From the IMG/VR virus record IMGVR_UViG_3300038701_002640, positions 1 to 56,712 of that record: a stretch of DNA of 56,712 nt; one strand, 5' to 3'. The notes under the pieces are model-generated. The model was not told the origin of the DNA and ran no database searches. It worked only from the letters and a program-made list of their open reading frames with translations. This DNA is from a virus. Positions 6,155-13,627 of the stretch are shown in pieces. Made by a program: the position numbers and the translations under genes. Positions within the stretch are counted from its first letter, which is position 1. Each line of letters opens with the position of its first letter.

Positions 6155-6183
6155 ATTGTAAACCCTACACACCACACTGTCAA
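6155..6183 (-). promoter_or_regulatory. Sigma70-like promoter for the leftward arm (TTGACA-17-TACAAT)
   Basis: rc of 6178..6183 is TTGACA, rc of 6155..6160 is TACAAT, and the spacer is exactly 17 nt. It lies in the divergent intergenic region. Confidence 0.55.
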
Positions 6184-6197
6184 GAAAAAAATTACAT

Positions 6198-6226
6198 TTG
6201 CAATTAAAATAATAATGTATTAAAAT
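6198..6226 (+). promoter_or_regulatory. Sigma70-like promoter for the rightward arm (TTGCAA-17-TAAAAT)
   Basis: 6198..6203 is TTGCAA, 6221..6226 is TAAAAT, and the spacer is 17 nt. It sits about 58 nt upstream of the ATG at 6284. Confidence 0.45.
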
Positions 6227-6283
6227 AATACTAGTACAACGGATGTTTTCTGCATCAGTTAATTCACAAACAATGAGAACACA

Positions 6284-7066
6284 ATGAGTAAGAAATTTTT
6301 CGAGGACAAAGAGTTTGTTAAACTACAATCTGAATGGTATGACAAACTCAAAGATGAAGGTTTTGAAGACATAGAGTATTTTTCAGGTAGAAGTGCTCAC
6401 AGCTTAGATACTCCATATCTTGGCACAAAGAGACAACCTACCAGCGGCTCACTAAGACGCAGATACTCTTCACAGACTTCAAACCACTACAGAATGTGTA
6501 GAAATTTTCTGCAAAATGGTCCCTTTACGCCTATTTTATGGCAGAAATATAAGAATTCCGGTACTTTACAGACTTCCCACCCTACTTTTACTTCATTTAC
6601 TAGAACATTTGACCAAACTTTCAACAGAGCTGATTTCCACCTCTTTCGTTTATACACAGAAGGCTTGCCATTCTTGGAAATGTCCGAAGAACTTCGCAGA
6701 CTTTACAGACTAAACAAGATCTCCGTAGCTAAAAAGTCTAGGCAGCCATCCAAAGACAGAGAACCTTTCTCCGTTTTCTGGGTATTTAAACGAGTAAAAG
6801 AACTTAAGATAGAAATGTACCGCTGGAACTATACAGATTCCGAAGGCTTAGGAGAGTTAGAAGACGACAGAAGCTATGAAGAACGTATGATAGACGCCAT
6901 AGACGCCAAGACTAAAGGCTCTAGATGTAAACCAAGCTGTGCCTGTATCAATGCTGAAGACTGCCCACTCTTCCGAAGCTTTTCTTGTCCCGAAGACTGG
7001 GAAGCTGGAGAGTCTGAGAAGTCTGGAACCCCCCCTCGATTTAGAAAAAGGGAGATAGCCCCATGA
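6284..7066 (+). CDS. Hypothetical protein (260 aa), possible HTH/sigma-region-4-like segment and Cys-rich C-terminus
   Basis: ORF track, first rightward gene. LFRLYTEGLPFLEMSEELRRLY weakly resembles a sigma-70 region 4/LuxR HTH. The functional guess is low confidence. Confidence 0.55.
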   Translation: MSKKFFEDKEFVKLQSEWYDKLKDEGFEDIEYFSGRSAHSLDTPYLGTKRQPTSGSLRRRYSSQTSNHYRMCRNFLQNGPFTPILWQKYKNSGTLQTSHPTFTSFTRTFDQTFNRADFHLFRLYTEGLPFLEMSEELRRLYRLNKISVAKKSRQPSKDREPFSVFWVFKRVKELKIEMYRWNYTDSEGLGELEDDRSYEERMIDAIDAKTKGSRCKPSCACINAEDCPLFRSFSCPEDWEAGESEKSGTPPRFRKREIAP

Positions 7067-7219
7067 TATATCTATATACTAATATATATATACCACACTG
7101 TGGCACACCTGTTCGTCTAAGTAAAAACCCTCGAAGGGGTCGTATTGAGAAACCGAATGATATCAACCACATGCTAACTCGGGCACCCCAGTCTAACTTT
7201 TTTTTCTCGAGCAAAAAAA

Positions 7220-7266
7220 GCTTCCCAGACTCCCAAGACTCCCAAGCCCACCCCAGTCTGGGAAGC
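7220..7266. repeat. Hairpin/inverted repeat with a 12-bp stem (GCTTCCCAGACT ... AGTCTGGGAAGC)
   Basis: 7220..7231 is the exact reverse complement of 7255..7266, with a 23-nt loop. The same 12-mer pair recurs at 7863..7913. Confidence 0.7.
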
Positions 7267-7271
7267 CCAAC

Positions 7272-7481
7272 ATGACTAACAGATCTCGTCTAATTGCAGA
7301 ACTAGAATACTTACTTGCAAACTCATGCTACCAACAAGAACAACTCGCAAACCTACAAGACAAAACTCACATATGTTCATGCCCCCTACCGGAAACTCTA
7401 AGAACTTATGAAATCGAAGAGCTTATACATAGATTAAAAACTAAAAACTCTTTAACCCTATCGGAACCTCAAAATGACTAA
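7272..7481 (+). CDS. Hypothetical protein
   Basis: ORF track. Confidence 0.5.
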   Translation: MTNRSRLIAELEYLLANSCYQQEQLANLQDKTHICSCPLPETLRTYEIEELIHRLKTKNSLTLSEPQND

Positions 7482-7510
7482 CTACAACCTAACCCTATTG
7501 GAACCTACAA

Positions 7511-7888
7511 ATGAACAATAACGATGACATACAACAATCCAAAAAGCTTTCAGACACTCAGGCTAAAAAAGAACGCACTCGCCGACGAATAATTCCAACC
7601 AAAACCCAATCCACAGAAGTTGTAGTAATCCCATCCGTGGAAACCCTACTAGATGATGCAAAAGCCATCATAGGCTCTGAGCTCGCTCAGTATCGCTCCA
7701 AAACCAAGCGCGGCGTTACCCTAGACCCTAAGGAAGCTCGCGTCGTTACAGGCTATCTAGACGCTCTCACAAGGGCTTCCAAAGAGGCTCGCGAAGCTGC
7801 ACGTAGTCATGATCTGTCCTCCTTTTCCGATGAGGAGTTAATTCAACTACTTACGTCTAAGAAGTCTGGGAAGCCCTCCGATGACTAA
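7511..7888 (+). CDS. Hypothetical basic protein
   Basis: ORF track. Basic N-terminus (KKERTRRR). Function not recognised. Confidence 0.55.
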   Translation: MNNNDDIQQSKKLSDTQAKKERTRRRIIPTKTQSTEVVVIPSVETLLDDAKAIIGSELAQYRSKTKRGVTLDPKEARVVTGYLDALTRASKEAREAARSHDLSSFSDEELIQLLTSKKSGKPSDD

Positions 7889-7913
7889 GGTGCCGCAGTT
7901 AGCTTCCCAGACT
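7863..7913. repeat. Hairpin/inverted repeat with a 12-bp stem (AGTCTGGGAAGC ... GCTTCCCAGACT)
   Basis: 7863..7874 is the exact reverse complement of 7902..7913. The 27-nt loop contains the stop codon of 7511..7888 and the GTGCCGCAGTTAGCT motif. Confidence 0.7.
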
Positions 7914-8031
7914 CCAAAAATATCCCCACCCCTCGGAGGTAAAATAGATACTAATATCGTACTATCGATAAGACCTTTTACTACAATAACAATCGCACAT
8001 TAATAGCGACAACAACACACTCGGAGCAACC

Positions 8032-8259
8032 ATGAGCAGCAAAAAACCCAAATCACTATCAGCCGTCCAACCGGACATTTCTCAGTTTCTAAATCAAAAA
8101 TATCTCGAACTCTGCCAGCAACTCGGCGACGCTCAAATCAAACTCGATCAGCTCAATGAACATGTTGCCACCATCAAACAACAAATCAAAAATCTAAACG
8201 AAGCCCACCCATTAATGTTTCAATATCAAAATATATCTGACAAGCAAAAGGATTCCTAA
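8032..8259 (+). CDS. Hypothetical coiled-coil protein
   Basis: ORF track. Confidence 0.5.
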   Translation: MSSKKPKSLSAVQPDISQFLNQKYLELCQQLGDAQIKLDQLNEHVATIKQQIKNLNEAHPLMFQYQNISDKQKDS

Positions 8260-8702
8260 TGAGCAAAACAACCCCACCCATCAGACTACGTCCAGCCGGA
8301 GAAGAAGACATCGGTTTCATATTTAACTCCTGGCTTAAATCTTTCAAGACTTCAGGTTTTGCCAGAAATATCATAAATACTATCTATTATGCAGACCAGC
8401 ATAGAATCATCGAAAACCTACTAAAAAACCAAAAAACCGTAATAGCCTGCAACAATGAAGATCCATCTCAGATTTACGGATTCATCAACGCCGGTGAAGC
8501 CGAAGGTATTTTCTGCCTAAACTACGTATATATCAAACACAGCTTTCGAGGCTTAGGAATTGCAAAAGCTCTATTAGAATCTTTTAAGTCCGACTTTAGT
8601 ACAGCCTCAGTATTTACCCACCACACCCGAATGGCTGAAAAGCTTGCAGCAAAATACAACATGGTCTACCACCCTTATTTACTATTCAACATAGAAGAAT
8701 AA
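8259..8702 (+). CDS. GNAT-family N-acetyltransferase
   Basis: IRLRPAGEEDIGFIF at the N-terminus, plus the acetyl-CoA motif A-like YVYIKHSFRGLGIAKALLE. Confidence 0.7.
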   Translation: MSKTTPPIRLRPAGEEDIGFIFNSWLKSFKTSGFARNIINTIYYADQHRIIENLLKNQKTVIACNNEDPSQIYGFINAGEAEGIFCLNYVYIKHSFRGLGIAKALLESFKSDFSTASVFTHHTRMAEKLAAKYNMVYHPYLLFNIEE

Positions 8703-8706
8703 CCCC

Positions 8707-9282
8707 ATGGCAGAAAAACCAGAAAAGACCGACATAGAAAGAGAAAATACTCGATTAGAGTACTCATTCGAAAAAGGCATAAATTTCAAAGATCGAATAA
8801 TCCAAATCACCGGGTCGATTAAAGAAAGAGAATCTTTTGACTATCTAGACGCAGCTCTATGTGAAATGGAACGAGATTCTAAAAAGACAGTAACCCTAAG
8901 AATCAATTCGCCTGGCGGCTCTGTATACGAAGCCTTAGCAATGGTGGGTCGAATTGAAAACTCCAAATGTCACGTCACCACAGAATGCTACGGTCATGCT
9001 ATGTCTGCCGCCGGGCTACTACTAGCTTCAGGATCTAAACGCCGCATGTCTTCCAGAGCATGGTTCATGCACCATGAAATATCATCAGGACTATCAGGCT
9101 CTCTAACTGAAATGCAAGAAGAGCTGGCTCAACTACAAAGAGAACAAAACGCCTGGGCTTCTGCCATGGCTGACTTCTCAGAACAATCAGAAGACTTCTG
9201 GATGAAAGCAGCTAGAAAATCCGATTTCTACCTATCAGCTGAAGAATGCCTATCTCTAGGAGTAGTCGATGAACTCTTTTAA
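8707..9282 (+). CDS. ClpP-like serine protease (peptidase S14 family)
   Basis: Motifs RINSPGGSVYEA, catalytic Ser context GHAMSAAGLLL, His context WFMHHE, and C-terminal GVVDELF match the ClpP fold pattern. Confidence 0.85.
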   Translation: MAEKPEKTDIERENTRLEYSFEKGINFKDRIIQITGSIKERESFDYLDAALCEMERDSKKTVTLRINSPGGSVYEALAMVGRIENSKCHVTTECYGHAMSAAGLLLASGSKRRMSSRAWFMHHEISSGLSGSLTEMQEELAQLQREQNAWASAMADFSEQSEDFWMKAARKSDFYLSAEECLSLGVVDELF

Positions 9283-9565
9283 TTTACCAGACGCTATGAT
9301 GTCATGGGAAATCTTTGGCTGGTTGGCTGCACTATGTTTTTCAATATCAGGGCTTCCCCAAGCAATTAAATCCTATAGAGATAAACACTCCGATGGCATA
9401 TCCTGGGCATTTTTAATACTCTGGCTTTTGGGAGAAATATTTGCTACACTATACGTACTACCTAGAATGGACGTCCCACTTCTAGTCAATTATTTCGTAA
9501 ATGGTATATTCATAGCAATTATAATATACTACAAAACCAAAGGAAAACGCAATGAGCAAAACTGA
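9269..9565 (+). CDS. PQ-loop (SemiSWEET-like) 3-TM membrane protein
   Basis: 98 aa with three hydrophobic helices. The PQ-loop signature is SGLPQAIKSYRDKHSDGISWAFLILW. Confidence 0.7.
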   Translation: MNSFNLPDAMMSWEIFGWLAALCFSISGLPQAIKSYRDKHSDGISWAFLILWLLGEIFATLYVLPRMDVPLLVNYFVNGIFIAIIIYYKTKGKRNEQN

Positions 9566-9836
9566 AGAACAGAACACTAGTTCTGAAGAACAAACTCAAG
9601 AACAACTAGAATTAACTATGGAAGAGCACCTTAGAAAATTTAAAAAATCTTTCAAACACCACAGTAAATCAACTTTGATTTCACTATTATGGAATCAAGG
9701 CATCAGATATAACGAACTTCAAGTAGCTGCCAGACAACTTCTCGAAGAAAATAAAACCCTAAAAGGAGAAACAAATGCTGGAATCTCAGAAGAAGAAGAA
9801 ATCAAAAACGATGAAGCTATTGAAACTAATAGCTAG
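9552..9836 (+). CDS. Hypothetical acidic protein
   Basis: ORF track. It overlaps both neighbours slightly. Confidence 0.45.
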   Translation: MSKTEEQNTSSEEQTQEQLELTMEEHLRKFKKSFKHHSKSTLISLLWNQGIRYNELQVAARQLLEENKTLKGETNAGISEEEEIKNDEAIETNS

Positions 9837-10521
9837 CAGCTTAATACTTGCCGTAAGTCTATTGGTAATTTCGAACCTATCTTTAGACATCCACGAGCAA
9901 CTACTATACAGTGTAAAAGGAAACTCTGTAGTAAAACTAACAAAATCATTCGCAGGTAGATCAGGCGGAACAGGCTCTCAGATAGTAGCTCCATCAGGTA
10001 AAGAATTTATCCTAACTAATGCTCACGTATGCGGAGACAGAAAAGAACTAATAGCTCATACTCAACTAACTAAACCTAAAAAGGTAAAAGTAATAAGAGT
10101 ATACAAAAAACATGACCTATGTTTAGTAGAAGCAATCAAAGGACTTCCAGCTCTTAGAATTGCAAACTCTATCATACCTAGAGAAAAAGTATACGTCATA
10201 GGACACCCAGCTCTTAGACCACTAACACTGGAATCAGGACGGTTCGTATCCGATAAGACCATTTCCATGAGAGTACCATGTAGTACAAAAGTGAAACCCA
10301 CTATACTAATTAAATTTAGAAACTACAGATTAGCCATGTGTGTAAAAAGTTTTAAATCACAATTAGTAAACGCAATAATCTACCCTGGTAACTCAGGATC
10401 TCCACTACTAGATAAATTCGGAAACGTAGTAGGAGTAATATTCGCAGGACGTTTAGACCAACCAAACGCAGCTTACACTGTACCATTAAAGTCAGTTAAA
10501 GCATTTTTAAAAAACCACTAA
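9775..10521 (+). CDS. Membrane-anchored/secreted trypsin-like serine protease (S1 family)
   Basis: AAGGAG RBS before the ATG at 9775. Basic n-region plus hydrophobic LLKLIASSLILAVSLLVISN. Catalytic triad contexts are LTNAHVCG (His), HDLCLVE (Asp) and GNSGSPLLD (Ser). Confidence 0.75.
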   Translation: MLESQKKKKSKTMKLLKLIASSLILAVSLLVISNLSLDIHEQLLYSVKGNSVVKLTKSFAGRSGGTGSQIVAPSGKEFILTNAHVCGDRKELIAHTQLTKPKKVKVIRVYKKHDLCLVEAIKGLPALRIANSIIPREKVYVIGHPALRPLTLESGRFVSDKTISMRVPCSTKVKPTILIKFRNYRLAMCVKSFKSQLVNAIIYPGNSGSPLLDKFGNVVGVIFAGRLDQPNAAYTVPLKSVKAFLKNH

Positions 10522-10530
10522 GGAGAAAAT

Positions 10531-10815
10531 ATGAAAATCGTACACGTCAAAACACATGAAGCAGTAAAATTTGGAAACTCTCAAGAATTCAACTTCTACA
10601 ACTTCGCAACTATCCCAGGAAGAAAAACAGTAGACATCGTTCTTAACAAAGAACTAAACTGCATCGAACTAAAAACAGAACTAGACCATGTTCTAATCCC
10701 CATGGTTAACATTGCCTTCATGAAACTTGACAATAAAGCTCATCAAGACAAACAAGAAGCTAAGAAAAAACCAAAACCAAGTTCAAAGCCATCTGATATC
10801 AAAAGACCGAGGTAA
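10531..10815 (+). CDS. Hypothetical protein immediately upstream of terL
   Basis: ORF track with a basic C-terminal tail. A small-terminase role is possible from position only. Confidence 0.5.
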   Translation: MKIVHVKTHEAVKFGNSQEFNFYNFATIPGRKTVDIVLNKELNCIELKTELDHVLIPMVNIAFMKLDNKAHQDKQEAKKKPKPSSKPSDIKRPR

Positions 10816-10825
10816 ATAACCTTAA

Positions 10826-13345
10826 ATGTCAGATATCAGAAAAGAAGCCATATTAGCTGAACTTAACCAACGACTAAAAGCAGCAGAAGAGGAATCTAAA
10901 AAACCTAAGTTCCAATTTGAAGATCACTGTTTCGAAAAACAATCAGAATTCTTCAGAGGACAAGGTCCAAGATTCCGAGCCGCATGTTGCTCACGTCGTG
11001 CTGGAAAATGTAGAGAAGAAAACACTCTAGTAAAAACTCCTACAGGCTCCGTAAAGATTCAAGACCTAAAACCAGGCGATGACGTATACGGCTACGACAA
11101 CGACGGTAAAGTTCGAATATGCAAAGTCACACAACTTCACGATCAAGGAATAAAAGAAGTAGTAGACCTAATATGGAACAATCAAATCATGGCTACTTCA
11201 ACATTAGACCATCGTTGGTTAGCTCACAATACCTATCAAGAAAAAAGAGAAGTAAAAAGACTAAAAGATTTCAACTCAAGAGACCGAATAGCAGAAGAAT
11301 ACGTACCCATTCCAGGCGGATCTAAAACTGTAAAAGAAGCCTACGCCCTAGGAGCCCTGCTAGGAGATGGTTGCAGTAGAGAATCAGGAATAGTAATCTC
11401 ATCAGCTACCAAATCAATAGTAGAAAAAGTAGCCGACAGTCTTCAAGCTACCTCTATAGCAAAAAGAACTGGAAACTTCTCATGGAGCATAAAGGGCTTA
11501 TCCAAATCAGACGAATCTCTCTCATTATACAATCTATGGTGTAGAGACAAATACGCTCACGAAAAAACCTTTAATCTAGAAGAAGTACGAACCTGGAACA
11601 GAGAATCTCAACTAGAATTCATAGCAGGCTTAATAGACACAGATGGCAGCGTAGCAAAAACCAAAGACGGTAGACTACACATAAGACTATCAATGCAAGC
11701 AAAAACAGTAATAGAAAACTGTCAAATGCTAATATTAGACTTATTCCAATACAAACCAATTATAAAAATAGACAATAGAGACAAATACAAAAACGGACCA
11801 GTATACGAATTAAGTATATCAAATAACAAATTCTCAAAAAGAATACTAAAAGAACTACCACTATTATCAGAACAAAAAAAGTGGAACCCTTCATACGAAC
11901 AATTAAATGAAAGAAATACAAATCCTAAATACACAGGATTCAAACTATCCGAACCAAGAAAAGCACAATGCTATGACATTACGATAAACAACGATTCTCA
12001 TTTATTCTTAGACGCCAACGGTCTCATAGGTCATAACACAGTAGGTATCGCAGCTGACGCAATAGAAACCTGCAGAAACGAACCAGGAGTAACCTGCCTA
12101 TACATTACAATTACAAAACAGGCAGCTAGAAACATAATCTGGGCAGACGTACTGCAAATCATAGAAGCTTACAACTTAGAATGTAAAATAGACAACACCC
12201 GACTAACAGTAACTTTTCCCAATAGATCTAAATTTGTAATCGAAGGCGCAAAAGACAGAACCGAGATAGAAAAATACCGTGGATGGAAACTACGTAAATG
12301 TTACATCGACGAAGCCCAATCCTTTAGATCTTACATCGAAGACCTTGTTAACGATGTTGTAACCCCGGCACTTCGTGACCTTAAAGGAGAACTATACATA
12401 ACCGGAACCCCTGGTCCTGTAAAAGCTGGATACTTCTACAAAGTTACTCACTCAGACTTCTGGCACAACGTAGGCTGGACTGCATTTGATAACCCACACA
12501 TGCACCTACCTCCTGAAAAAGACCTAAACCAAACTCTTACAGAAGAACGTACCATGAAAGGCATCGCAGAAAACGATCCTTCATACCAACGAGAAACCTA
12601 CGGTGTTTGGATAGAAGACCTAGACTCCCTAGTCTTCAAATTTAACAGAGATAAAAACAAATACACCACACTACCAATCTTCAACGAACATGGAGAAAAA
12701 TACACCTATGATTACATCTTCGGAATAGACATAGGATACAACGACTCCGATGCTATAGCAGTATTAGCATACAATTACGAAGAGAAAAAAGTATTTTTAG
12801 TAGACGAATATGTAAAAGCAAAGCAGACCATTAGCTCCCTGGTATCAGAGATCAAAAGGTTGCAAAATCACTATAACCCTGTTAAAATGGTTATGGATGC
12901 AGGAGCCCTGGGAAAAAAAATACAAGAAGAAATCCTCTCAAGACACGGCATAAACCTCATTGCCGCTGAAAAAACAAGAAAAGTAGAATTCATAGAACTC
13001 CTAAACGACGACCTCCGAACAGAAAAATTTAAAGCTTTCCAGGGCTCTGTTTTCGAAGACGACTGCATGCTAGTACAATGGGATAAAGAAAGTAAAATAA
13101 GAAATCCCGAAAGACCCAAAATTTCCGATACATATCACTCGGATATTTGCGACGCCGTTTTATACGCTTGGAGGGAATGCAGGCATTTCCTCTCAGAAGC
13201 CGTAAAGAAACCCTTCGGCAAAAACAGCAATGAATACATGGACGAGTTAGAAGCCAAAGAAGCCGAAAGAATGGAAGAAAAGAAAACCAACCCATTTTAC
13301 GACTTCTATGACGACGACGATGACGATTATTCCGATATCTTCTAA
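10826..13345 (+). CDS. terL: Terminase large subunit, interrupted by an intein (mature extein about 496 aa)
   Basis: The Walker A motif SRRAGK|T is split by the intein. Walker B is CYIDEAQS and the RNaseH-like nuclease motif is GIDIGYNDSDAIAV. The gene lies directly upstream of the portal gene. Confidence 0.9.
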   Translation: MSDIRKEAILAELNQRLKAAEEESKKPKFQFEDHCFEKQSEFFRGQGPRFRAACCSRRAGKCREENTLVKTPTGSVKIQDLKPGDDVYGYDNDGKVRICKVTQLHDQGIKEVVDLIWNNQIMATSTLDHRWLAHNTYQEKREVKRLKDFNSRDRIAEEYVPIPGGSKTVKEAYALGALLGDGCSRESGIVISSATKSIVEKVADSLQATSIAKRTGNFSWSIKGLSKSDESLSLYNLWCRDKYAHEKTFNLEEVRTWNRESQLEFIAGLIDTDGSVAKTKDGRLHIRLSMQAKTVIENCQMLILDLFQYKPIIKIDNRDKYKNGPVYELSISNNKFSKRILKELPLLSEQKKWNPSYEQLNERNTNPKYTGFKLSEPRKAQCYDITINNDSHLFLDANGLIGHNTVGIAADAIETCRNEPGVTCLYITITKQAARNIIWADVLQIIEAYNLECKIDNTRLTVTFPNRSKFVIEGAKDRTEIEKYRGWKLRKCYIDEAQSFRSYIEDLVNDVVTPALRDLKGELYITGTPGPVKAGYFYKVTHSDFWHNVGWTAFDNPHMHLPPEKDLNQTLTEERTMKGIAENDPSYQRETYGVWIEDLDSLVFKFNRDKNKYTTLPIFNEHGEKYTYDYIFGIDIGYNDSDAIAVLAYNYEEKKVFLVDEYVKAKQTISSLVSEIKRLQNHYNPVKMVMDAGALGKKIQEEILSRHGINLIAAEKTRKVEFIELLNDDLRTEKFKAFQGSVFEDDCMLVQWDKESKIRNPERPKISDTYHSDICDAVLYAWRECRHFLSEAVKKPFGKNSNEYMDELEAKEAERMEEKKTNPFYDFYDDDDDDYSDIF
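11009..12037 (+). mobile_element. Intein (343 aa) with a LAGLIDADG homing endonuclease, inserted in the TerL P-loop
   Basis: It starts at Cys62 (tgt, 11009). Block B is TLDHRW. The two LAGLIDADG motifs are LGALLGDGC and IAGLIDTDGS. It ends ...LIGHN (aac, 12035..12037), followed by +1 Thr, which restores GK-T. Confidence 0.85.
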
Positions 13346-13372
13346 TAAAATAATTACAATATAGGAGCATAC

Positions 13373-13603
13373 ATGTTAAAAAACATTAAAGAAATTCAAG
13401 ATTTTGTAATCTGGTGTCAGAAAAACAAAGTAAAATCTTTTAAAAACAATGACTTAGAGTTTGAACTATCAGAACTAGGAATGGTGGAAACTCAAAACTT
13501 TGACGAGATTAACCTAGATGACTCAAAGACTTTCTCAGACTTCGATAACATGACAAAAGAAGAACAAGATGAACTACTATTCTGGTCTTCTGGAAAAAAA
13601 TAA
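13373..13603 (+). CDS. Hypothetical small acidic protein
   Basis: ORF track, between terL and portal. Confidence 0.5.
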   Translation: MLKNIKEIQDFVIWCQKNKVKSFKNNDLEFELSELGMVETQNFDEINLDDSKTFSDFDNMTKEEQDELLFWSSGKK

Positions 13604-13627
13604 AACTAAACACTAAAAGGAACCCTC

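Noticed and set aside
7063-7275. 70-aa ORF (MIYLYTNIYIPHCGTPVRLSK...).
   Set aside because: It has no RBS and a low-complexity, repeat-derived sequence. It spans palindromes, an AT-alternating stretch and a 12-bp-stem hairpin, so I treated the region as non-coding and regulatory.
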